From NCBI GenBank assembly GCA_964016885.1, contig OZ024747.1:14942001-15006000 (forward strand): a DNA stretch of 64,000 nucleotides, given 5' to 3'. Made by a program: the position numbers and the translations under genes. Positions 1 to 12,330 of this stretch are shown here, one piece after another (position 1 is the first letter of the stretch; every line of letters starts with the position of its first letter). The notes beneath the pieces are model-generated. The model was not told the DNA's origin, made no database searches, and saw nothing but the letters and a program-made list of their open reading frames with translations. Origin of the DNA: Eledone cirrhosa (Eukaryota).

Positions 1-975
1 TTCCGGCGATTCTCTCTGGTGTCATCTGTATGAGAACCTCCAGACTTTTCCCCCCGAACAGTCCACTGGTGGACTCACCTGCTGATACTAGAATGTCCTT
101 TTCTAGGTCCGTGAATCCTGTCAGGACGGACCAGATGTCTACTTCTGGCGTTGAGCTCTACATTCTTAATCTTTGTGTTCTTCTTCCTTTATATGTGGGG
201 AAGAAGGTGTATTATGGTGACACTATATGTGCTACCGAGCATTGGTCATTCATTCGGACCATAATGCTGGCATAAAGCTTTCCTCTTTTAATGTCTTTCA
301 GAACCAGCTCAATTTGTCTTTCTATCAATTGAGCTGGTTTTCTTGTTGCGTTGGATATAGTCCTGAAAGTTATAGTATTCCTATATGCCTGTTGACGAAC
401 TTCTTCTGGGGAGTTGATCGTAAAAGAACCATCCTCCCCAAAAGATACGTATTTTCTGGCATTTAGTAAGTTTTTCTTATCGTTAGTAATGTCTATGGGT
501 TTGTATTCGATCGTTTTTTTTTACCGTTTGGGCAAAAGAAATGTTGCTGTCTTTGTTGTTTTCGTTTCGTTCATTGTTGTTTGTTGTTGCAATGTTGCTG
601 GTTTTATTAATTCCATTTGTTGTGGTATTTTTTTCCCTGTTATCTTTTTCAAAATTTGTGTTTTCACTCAAATTAACAGTGTTTTTTCCATTCGAGAGGA
701 GGGGTAGTTCAACAGTTTGAATTGTTGTTCCCTCTTTCTCGCTTTTTTGGTGGGCATGGCGTTAGCTTGCAATATGGCTTCCTCGGTTTTAACGATATCA
801 ATAAACATTTTAAATTAAAGAGTTTCACCCCAAAAGGGGCGAAAATATATTTACCCTACGTCTACAGTCCCAGACGAGGGGTTAGAGTCAACAATAATAA
901 CAAAATTCAAATAACACACTCACAAATAACAAAGTAGTAATCCAAAATCGAAGAGCCGATGTGAAAGACGTCTAC
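1..975 (-). mobile_element. 5' end and degenerate ORF1 of a LINE (L1/Tx1-like), running off the window edge
   Basis: Minus ORF 483-671 has an Asn/Thr-rich N-terminus followed by SFAQTVKK, typical of a LINE ORF1 start. Coding-like sequence with frameshift and stops continues to base 1. The clade call is a guess. Confidence 0.4.
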
Positions 976-1270
976 TATCAACGATAGACAGATAGATAGA
1001 TAGATAGATTCATTTATTCTATTTCTTGGAGAATATCAGGCAGCATTTGCTATGCGGATTCAGTTATGAATGATATGTATGTAATGTCTATATTTCTTAT
1101 GAATGGTATTAAATAACGACCTCTCCCGTTCTGAGATCAAATCCTGTAGGTGTCGACTTTGCATTTCTATCTTCTGACGTCACACAATAAAGTGACACTT
1201 GTGTACAATAGACGTTGTCATCCAGTTCCACATTCCCAGATTTCTGATTTTGTTCCAAGGGTTAAAATAG

Positions 1271-1504
1271 TACTTGGTTCGCCAGTCTCTCAGGGAGAGA
1301 CTGGCGAACCAAGTACTTAAATGGAACCCACAGGGAAGCAGACAGAGAGGGCGACCAAAAATGAACTGGCGCCAGACAGTTGAGAGGGACCTGCGAGCGA
1401 CAAACAGACAATGGCGGGACGCTGTGCAACTGGCTGCTGACCGAACGCGGTGGAACATTATGATTGCCTCATGCGTCGCAAGACGCGGGAGCTTCTGAGT
1501 CTGA
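1271..1504 (+). mobile_element. 5'-truncated RTE-clade LINE 3' end
   Basis: Translation VLKWNPQGSRQRGRPKMNWRQTVERDL...AADRTRW is the RTE C-terminal motif. A short repeat tail follows (CTGAGTCTGAGT). TSD GTTAAAATAG at 1261-1270 and 1505-1514. Confidence 0.85.
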
Positions 1505-1562
1505 GTTAAAATAGATATTTCCCTTCAATATTATTATCATTAAATCAGTATGTACAGATACA

Positions 1563-1629
<67 letters not shown>

Positions 1630-1733
1630 ACATACATACACACATGCATACATGCATACATACATACATACATATATATATATATAATTTTAGTAAGTAA
1701 GTTAATTTTTTTAAAATTTTCTAATTTTACGTC

Positions 1734-1782
<49 letters not shown>

Positions 1783-1889
1783 TATGCAGAGGCTATATTT
1801 AGTTTGTTTGGATTCAACAAGCTTAAAAGTGTTTATAACTGAATTAAAGCACTCAACAATTTAGTGGAGTAAATATACAATATATTAAT

Positions 1890-2076
1890 TGTTTCTACTT
1901 TAGGCACAAGGTCAGCAATTACCCAGTACATTACTAGTACTTTATTTTATCGACCCCGTAAGGATGAAAGGCAAAGTTAACCTCGGCGGGATTTGAACTC
2001 AGACTGTAAAGGGACGTAACTATGTTAGAAAACATGGCGTCCAACCCTCTACCGATACTGCCAATTCACCGCCCTT
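1890..2076 (-). mobile_element. tRNA-derived SINE, family A
   Basis: Minus strand reads GGGCGGTGAATTGGCAGTATCGG (A-box-like), GAGTTCAAATCCC (B box), then the central domain GCCTTTCATCCTTACGGGGTCGATAAAATAAAGTAC shared by more than 10 copies in the window. Confidence 0.9.
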
Positions 2077-2077
2077 A

Positions 2078-2954
2078 TCTATATATATAAAACTGTGGTT
2101 GTCTGTCTGTCTATCGATTTTTGGCACACATCTCCTCTTAGAATCTCTCACGGAATTGCACCGAAATTGCTATACTTGTACATTGAGCCCTAGCGAAGAC
2201 ATCGGAAAAAAAAAATTTCAAATTGACCCACCCTATGTGACGAAATCGAATATAATGTATCGATTTTTGAGCGTAGTTTATCAGTTATTTCCCTTTGTTC
2301 TGTTTACATTGAGCGTCTTACGTAAAAAATTACGCTGGCTTTAACAGTTGTCGAGCCAGCAAAATATTGACCTGCAAAATTCATCAGTTCGAACACTAAG
2401 CTTCCGTTTTGCTTCATTTCCATTTAAAAGCATTTTAAAACAATATTTTTACTTGAAAACAAGTCTATTTAAAGACTACGTAAAACAAGCAAATATTTCG
2501 GCGTTAGGCGTGCAGACAGACAGTCGTGTAGACAGACAGTCGTGCAGAGAGGTGATATACGCGTGCAGACAGACAGTCGTGCAGAGAGGTGATATAGGCG
2601 TGCAGACAGACAGTCGTGCAGAGAGGTGATATAGGCGTGCAGACAGACATAACTGATAATTTGGTTACGCTAATGTTTTTCTCTGCGTTGCAGTGTTTAC
2701 ATTTTCGATCTTTGTTAATAAATAACCAGTGCAGTTTCTATCCCCAGCATCCTCTTTTGTTATAACATTCGGGTTATCGTTATGCTTTCTTAACTTCATA
2801 AGGCATATTGTTGGTTGAGGGAATATTAATCAAAAACACCACATGCAAGTCTGCACAGTAGACACTACAGTTTTTAAGCCAAGAAAGAAACTTAACATTG
2901 TAACTTTAACACAGCTACTGAGCGACCCCGAGCAACGCCGGGCTTTACTGCTAG
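2078..2954 (+). mobile_element. Non-autonomous Helitron, complete
   Basis: Starts TC (TCTATATATATAAAAC...GTCTGTCTGTCT) and ends CTAG. Subterminal hairpin CCCGAGCAACGCCGGG at 2927-2942. Inserted between A2077 and T2955 with no TSD. Internal ~37-bp tandem repeats at 2507-2648. Confidence 0.85.
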
Positions 2955-3220
2955 TATACAATATATTAATAAATGGAAACTATATTTATAAAACCATAAT
3001 TATTTTATTATATATATTTCAAGGGCGACCAAGGTAAATTATGGTGTGCTTTCATCAGATAAAATACAGATTTGTTTTATGAATAAATATTGACATACCC
3101 GGAAAAAAGACAACCTCAACCGTTGAAATTTGCTGGATAGATAATTTACCTTGGTCGCCCTTGATATATATATAGTAAAATAATTATGGTTTTATAAATA
3201 TAGTTTCCATTTATTAATAT

Positions 3221-3228
<8 letters not shown>
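2955..3228. repeat. Fold-back inverted repeat, 88-bp arms (2955-3042 / 3141-3228)
   Basis: Arms are near-perfect reverse complements. The right arm runs into (TA)n. Confidence 0.95.
3001..3066 (-). ncRNA. Minimal type I hammerhead ribozyme motif
   Basis: Minus strand: TATTTTAT-CTGATGA-AAG...CTT-GAAA-TATATA-TA-ATAAAATA. 8-bp stem I, canonical core, palindromic stem III, AUA cleavage triplet. Confidence 0.8.
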
Positions 3229-3271
<43 letters not shown>

Positions 3272-3353
3272 CTACATATATAGATAAATACATATATTCA
3301 GACACACAGACACAATTATATACATAAATACATATTTTCATACAAATACGTGC

Positions 3354-3467
<114 letters not shown>

Positions 3468-3935
3468 GCGTGCGTCTTTGTATGTACTCACTCAAACGAA
3501 TAACTAACTATTCCATACAGTTTATGTGCAAAAAGTTTTACTCACAACACATAAGACAACTAGACATAGCACAAACATAAGCAATTGCAACCATCTTGTC
3601 TAGAATGAAACTGCTTGTAAAAACATTCACTATGATATGTTAGGGCGTGGTCTGAATGATATTTAGCTAAAACTAGAGAGAAAGAGTCTCTTTTGTTGAG
3701 TCGAAAATGTTAAGATATGTTTAAGGTGATAGCATAAACAGAAAAGAAAATATTGAAATTTATTCAAAAGAATAAATAAGAGTCGACAAAGGGATAGAAT
3801 GTATAAATGTTTTAGGATATCAGCTTGACTGATTTGAATGGTTACTTTATACAGTTTTTTGTTAGTGAGAAAAATGGGTCGTTTGTTATATCTCCGATAT
3901 GTCATACATATAAGACCACGCACACATACACACAC

Positions 3936-3996
<61 letters not shown>

Positions 3997-4139
3997 CGTG
4001 TGTGTGTATGTGTGTGTTTGTGTGTGTGAGAGAGAGAGAGTATGTATGTGTGCGTGTGTTTGTATGTGTATATAGATAGATAGCTAGCCTGCCAAATAGA
4101 CAGACAGACAGATAGATAAATAGATAAATCTAGATAGAT

Positions 4140-4302
4140 TGTTTCTACATTTGGCACAAGGCCAGCAATTATCCCAGTGTATTACTGATGCTTTATTTTA
4201 TCGACCCCGTAAGGATGAAAGGCAAAATTAACCTCGGCGGGATTTGAGCTCATAACTTAAAGGGCAGTAACTCTTTTGCTGCAAAGCATGGCGTCCGACC
4301 CT
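4140..4302 (-). mobile_element. SINE family A, 5'-truncated
   Basis: Aligns by eye with 1890-2076 but lacks the first ~25 nt of the head. Confidence 0.85.
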
Positions 4303-6783
4303 GGTTGCATCTCAGCTTCAAGAATTACCATCCCTCGACGTGGCACGAATATGACTTTTTACCTCAGCCATGGACTTTCTGCATATGTTGCAGCGAAAGA
4401 CTAAAGAAAAAGCCATGCTTTCGCAACACACGTGAAAGTCGTTTAGATTAAGTGATGCCTGAGCTTGAAGCATGTGAAAAAACGCTTTGCTCTGGACCAA
4501 TCCTGCTCTCTGAAAAATGCTGATAGTTATCCATAAAAAAGAACAGGTAAGCATCGTTTGCTGCCAACGAGTCGCAGGCTTTACATCAGAATCTTCCCGC
4601 TCCAAGAATGATGTCCTAACAAGAACTAAGACCCTCATACTTCCTGTGCGCTAACCGCGTGCTCGGGCACCAAACTAACTATTTCCATGTTCCCGCGTAT
4701 ATTATATACCAATATATTCACACATACACCCACCGGAACACATCTATCTATACACACATACACCCATACACACACACATACATAAACACGCACATAAACA
4801 CACACACATAAATACACACATACACACATCATTATTCGGTCATACCTGATCTCATCAGCAAGGAATAAATCCCTCAGCTGTTAAGACTAAATGCACTCAA
4901 TATATAGAGTCAACGTAGGGATGCTGATAATGAAACATTATGAACGATATAGCTGGGAGGGATTTCCGTCAAGGAAGACTACATGCATGTGAAATAAAAT
5001 ACGGCTGGGTCACATAATGGGATGTTATATGATAAATGTTTCCCTTCTATTATCTGAGTTAGTGGGGTTAAACTTGCGTTTCACCACGTCGCCGTTGTTG
5101 ATAAAATACGTTATTTGACTCCATCAATTGTACCCCTTGTCCTATAAAAGAGTTCTTTGTGTTGATGACAAAATATAAAAGAATCAACATTTTCTGGTTG
5201 TTGCTTGGTGAAAATCAAGAAAATGTAAGTAGAATGGAGAAAATGTCAACGCACGTATATAAAATATATTTTATATTTTACAAACGGAGTAATGAAGATT
5301 GGATTAAGTATGTTCAATTAAAACTATTACAAATCAGGAAGATGAAATGAGCAAAGTCCATTATAGTAGTGACAAAACTGATAGAGAGAAGATAGTGTAA
5401 CAATGTTTGTTGAGTAAACACCAGTGTTGTCTCTGAATAAGGCAGATATTATTTCACTTCTACGTATATTTGTTTGACTTTGCTTTTGTCTATGTAGTGT
5501 GAGTGCAGTCAACGAGTTTTAAACATTTGAGCGGCATAATTAGTGGTATCTAAGGTTCTTTACTGTTTTCCGTTACGAGACTAAATCAACATCTGAAACT
5601 ATAGATATGTGTCGATTTTATTATATAACATCCATTTATCACCTAAGTATATTGGTCGAGCAATTGCCAACGACTCTATATTATTATTGTTCCCCTCCAT
5701 CTCTGTTTCATGACACATCGAAAGTGGGAAGCCGAGTAATGCGTGATTGATCGGTTTGCTATTGCCGTCCGATTATACTTCATTGTAATTTTCCTTTAGA
5801 CTTCCTTCTCTTAAACAGCTTATCATCTAAACACAGCTCATTTAACTTAATGTTCGTTTGTTGCTTCGTTCAATATTCTATACGATTCACACTTCCGTTC
5901 AAAACCCCGATGATGATACACGCTTGGCTGCTTCCTTTTTATCGATGTCATATACGTTCTGCTTGCTTAGTTCTGACGTATTAAACCATGTGTTCACGTT
6001 GTTATTACACCTGCCTCCTGCACGGATGAAAATAAGTTTAAATCTTGCACGGATATACGAAAAAGTTGTTTTTTTTGTATTCTAGGTTGAAGTTAACGGT
6101 TAGATTATTATCTTTTTATATCTTATTGTATCCGTGTGTTTTTGTTTTTACATTATTTGTATCCCGTATTGCTTTGTGTATCTATGAATGCAAGATAGAT
6201 TTGTTAATTGCTCTTTGCATTATTTACAACAAAGCAATTGTTTGACTAGTAGCGTAGGTTTCAGGAAGACAAGACTCAACCAGTATGTAATGTCGATTTT
6301 CATCTGAACAGCAAAACGAATTCAGAGACTGGCTTGTTCCGATAGAGTTAACATGGACTGGCATAATTAGCTGAACCCATTATGTTTGAATTAAATATGC
6401 TCACTGGGATACTATAATTATGAGACTCTACTAAAACCATTTAGATTTTTGCACTTAATTATTGCTATACAATTGTATAAAGGATTTTTGAAACGTACAA
6501 ATAAAGAGGTGGAGCTAGTATCCTACTATACGTTATTGATTTCAAAATAAACTAACTAGTAATTATCATGGGAAAAATTGTTAGAGAGCAATTGATCCAT
6601 GACAAGTTGTATACATATGTATGTATGAAAGTATATATGCATATAGATGAATATACTAACACACACATTCACATTCACAAACAGACAAATATACAAACAC
6701 ACACACAAACACACGCTCAATCACACACACAAACACACGCTCGCTCCCCTCCCCCCATATGTATATATATATATATATATATA

Positions 6784-7393
6784 AAATCAAAGGAATGCAA
6801 ATACTGAAAAAATCTTAAAATAAATTTTAAAAAATTCACTGTACTTACTGTATGTGCCCTAACCGCGGTTGCAAATCCCAAACGAATAGATAATCCAAAC
6901 GGATTTCTATTGAGAAAGAGATTATCGTCAGAAGGCATTTCTCTCTCTCGGAGAATATAAAATTCCCGAGTTAAAAATTACAAACTAGCGCCATTCCAAA
7001 CTGCCTCAGAATGAGAGCAAATAAATGATAAGGCAGTTTTGTCATGGTACCGTGTGCAAAGGCAAAAGCAGGGTGGACAGGTCAATCCTGTACTGCTAAA
7101 ATAGCAGTCATTCAGACGACCAAAGGTTTCTCTACCATTGAGGAGAATAATAATAAAAGTATGTATTCCTATATGTAATTAATAAACACAGGGACACAAG
7201 TATAGTCCGACCATATGCTAGTGTGGTTCAGTGGCAAGTTAATAGATTAACAAGTCAGAACATATAACATCAAGGGAGTGTAACTACAGAAAAAATCTTA
7301 AAATAAATTTTAAAAAATTAACTGTATTTACTGTATGTGCCCAAACCGCGGTTTCAAATCCCAAACGAATAGATAATCCAAGCGGATTTCCAT

Positions 7394-7396
<3 letters not shown>
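6784..7396 (-). mobile_element. (TA)n-flanked Penelope-like remnant with partial tandem repeat (6806-6907 / 7289-7390)
   Basis: 102-bp direct repeat at both ends, a hammerhead motif in the first copy and (TA)n on both sides. Confidence 0.6.
6855..6937 (-). ncRNA. Minimal type I hammerhead motif (GAAA mutated to GCAA)
   Basis: Minus strand: TGCCTT-CTGACGA-TAATCTC...GGGATTT-GCAA-CCGCGG-TT-AGGGCA. The duplicate at ~7338-7390 keeps GAAA-CCGCGG but lacks the CTGA half. Confidence 0.65.
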
Positions 7397-7448
<52 letters not shown>

Positions 7449-7455
7449 GGCTGAG

Positions 7456-7516
7456 CTCCGGCCGTTTCGATAGCTAGATGCGAACAGTTCGGATCTAGCA
7501 GTCGAAACGACCGGAG
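7456..7516. repeat. Near-perfect 61-bp palindrome next to (TA)n
   Basis: CTCCGGCCGTTTCGATAGCTAGATGCGAAC-A-GTTCGGATCTAGCAGTCGAAACGACCGGAG. Confidence 0.9.
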
Positions 7517-7799
7517 AAAAGGGAAGAGAGAGAAAAACAAGACGAACACAGAGATGCAATAACACAAAGTCTTATTAGTTTCATGCTTTTTGGAAGACGA
7601 AAATATATACGCATATCAACGATTTGAAAGTTAGTCATCCCTCAGGAAAGAACAAATTTCGGAGAAAGGGTAAGTCGGAAGGTTGAACAAATAAGGGTTT
7701 AGGAAGAGTGATGAAGGTCTTGCAAAATGTTCAAGCTATATTATAAATATTTCAAACGTTAAATCTAATATTATTACCATTGAATTATTTTGTTCTCCA

Positions 7800-8018
7800 A
7801 TAGGGCCGTGGATTGGCTGTATCGGTAGAGAGCCGGACACCATGCTTTACAGCATAGAGTTACGGTCCTTTACGGTCTAGTTTCAAATCCCGCCGTGGTT
7901 AGCTTTGCCTTTCATCCTTGCGGGGTCGATAAAATAAAGCACCAGTAACGTACTGGGATCGATTTAATCGACTTTCCCTTCCCTCCAAATTACTGGCCTT
8001 CAGCCTATGCAAGAAATC
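7800..8018 (+). mobile_element. SINE family A, full length with TSD
   Basis: Head, B box and central domain present. 16-bp TSD ATTATTTTGTTCTCCA at 7784-7799 and 8019-8034. Confidence 0.92.
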
Positions 8019-8084
8019 ATTATTTTGTTCTCCATTGTTGTTGCTTTCGTTGAAACCACACACACACACACACATCTATCTATC

Positions 8085-8145
<61 letters not shown>

Positions 8146-8147
<2 letters not shown>

Positions 8148-8254
8148 CCAGTGGCCACCCTATACAGGCTGGAGATAAAATGTGTAGCAACAAGGGCGGT
8201 GCCCCAGCATGGCCTCAGCCGGATGGCTGAAACAGGTAAAAGAGTAAAAGAGAA
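8146..8254 (+). mobile_element. Short retroelement 3' tail inserted in (TA)n
   Basis: GGCGGTGCCCCAGCATGGCC...GGCTGAAACAG followed by the tandem tail GTAAAAGA GTAAAAGA. (TA)n on both sides. Confidence 0.5.
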
Positions 8255-8437
8255 TATATATATATATATACATAATATATAAGATCAAAAGATGGTTAAA
8301 GGAGTTCCATGTATAGTGTAGAGTGCTTCTTATCCGATATCTGCATAGAGTGCTTCTTATCCGATATCTGCATTGCTTTATTGTACTACAATAAAACTCA
8401 CCTCCTACATTATATATATACATATATATATATATAT

Positions 8438-9072
8438 GGTGGCTGCCAACTCGTTTTCGAGTACGGCCACTACTTTACATCCATGTAGGATAACCCCTAC
8501 CGAAGCGCTGAACGAGTGTGACTTTTTAGTCCAGCCAGCGACTTGAAACCTCTGGTACAAACACTACACCTGTGACAATCATTGACACATAGTGCTAGGC
8601 CCATGGTAGGACAACTATTGACACATAGTGCTGGGCCCATGTGAGGACAAGTGCAGAGAGATCTCCAGATATAAAGCAATGCCTGTGCCGTGAAGCTTTT
8701 ATAGTGAGCAAAGGCACTGCACAAAGCCAGTCCCACTCTCTTAACCAAGATGCTATTTACCAAAAAGAAGAACAAGTCAACATCATTGGATACCATCAGG
8801 GTTGCAGGTGTTATATCAGAGTTTTCCTTCTCCTAGAATTCTGCCTTGACTAAGGCTAAAGGGGTCATCTCTCCCGGTGATTTTGGATGGCCATTGACTC
8901 TTAAGAGCTCCTTTGCCCTTTGACAGGTTTTGTTTTTAGTCCTGCAGGATGTCCAAAGTCACCCTCCTCACCAAGAAACCTTGGTGGGGTTGCCAGTTTA
9001 GTCGCCAACGACCCGACCATGAGACAGGTTGTACTGGGATACATGTTACCAGTAGCACCAACTGGTGACCTG
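8438..9072 (-). mobile_element. Internally deleted, non-autonomous RTE derivative in (TA)n
   Basis: The 3' part encodes CSVCTRGFKSLAGLKSHTRS (RTE C-terminal C2H2 finger) and is joined to a UTR-like 5' part with no RT between. A second copy lies at 61343-61535 and a relative at 53381-53668. Confidence 0.65.
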
Positions 9073-10045
<973 letters not shown>

Positions 10046-10208
10046 GATATATAACCATGATGTATGGTAGGTCGTACGTGAATCGCGATGATCACGCTTG
10101 ACCTACTAAATATGCGACGGTAGCTAGTTAAGCTCTATGCATATACGCAGAGCAGAAATATTAATCAAAAAGAACAAAGGAACTATTATGACATTATAAC
10201 AAGTTTAT

Positions 10209-10255
10209 TGCCGACAGCCGTTTCGTTCGACCATATGGTGGGACTTTTCAAGGCA
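10209..10255 (-). ncRNA. Minimal type I hammerhead motif, U3-A8 variant
   Basis: Minus strand: TGCC-TTGAAAA-GTCCCACCATATGGTCGAAC-GAAA-CGGCTG-TC-GGCA, then AATAAA. GUC triplet. Confidence 0.75.
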
Positions 10256-10286
10256 TATAACAGGTGATTGTAAATAATGAAATAAA

Positions 10287-11217
10287 TAACTTACTTACTA
10301 AAATTTCACTCCAACTAATTAGTTTCTGAAAGGGGATAAACATAGTTTCCGAAGAAACGTTCGGAGAAGCCTTTCGTCATCAGGGAAATTTATTCTCAGC
10401 TAAGTTTCCAGGCAATACGTGGACACAGGGAACTTATACAAAAATAATTCAGTGGATGGAAAAAAGCAAAGCATGGACTAAGTTGCAAGCCATTGAAAAA
10501 ATCACTGCCTACTGCGTCGATGGCAAATTCAAAAGAATCAATCACTTGACATCGAGGTCGATCAGTGAAGAGTGGTTTGTTAAGAAGACAGCAGCCGGAC
10601 CGTTACTATGAACTATAGTGGCAGTTTTGACCAATTTTGGCTCGACAGAATATTTTGGAGATAATTATAAAGAATGAGTATATCTACTAACATATATATA
10701 CAGATGCATACCTATGCTAGCAAATATATAGGTTTTGTCTTAGTAACTTTGTGGTTCAATGCATGGAGATGCAGAACAATAATATGAGAGACGTAAAATA
10801 AGAAAATTATAAAAATTAACTTACTTACTAAAATTTCACTCCAACTAATTAGTTTCTGAAAGGGAATAAACATAGTTTCCGAAGAAACGTACGGAGAAGC
10901 CTTTCGTCATCAGGGAAGTCTATTCTCAGCTAAGTTTCCAGGCAATACGTGGACACAGGGAACTTATACAAAAATAATTCAGTGGATGGAAAAAAGCAAA
11001 GCGTGGACTAAGTTCCAAGCCATTGAAAAAAATCACTGCCTACTGCGTCGATGGCAAATTCAAAAGAATCAATCACATGACATCAAGGTCGATTAGTGAA
11101 GAGTGGTTTGTTAAGAAGACAGCAGCCGGACCGTTACTATGAACTATAGTAGCAGTTTTGGCCAATTTTGGCTCGACAAAATAATTTGGAGATAATTATA
11201 AAGAATTAGCATATCTA
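10287..11217 (-). mobile_element. Partial tandem duplication (~400 bp; 10287-10686 / 10817-11217) of a Penelope-like remnant
   Basis: Two near-identical copies 530 bp apart. Each has minus-strand CTGATGA-CGAA...TTCG-GAAAC (hammerhead-like core, stem I not formed). Ends in (TA)n. Confidence 0.6.

Positions 11218-12330
<1,113 letters not shown>

Noticed and set aside
4303-4700. Coding-like island with a 106-aa minus ORF
   Set aside because: No recognisable motif or convincing exon structure. Probably a repeat fragment, unassignable without a search.
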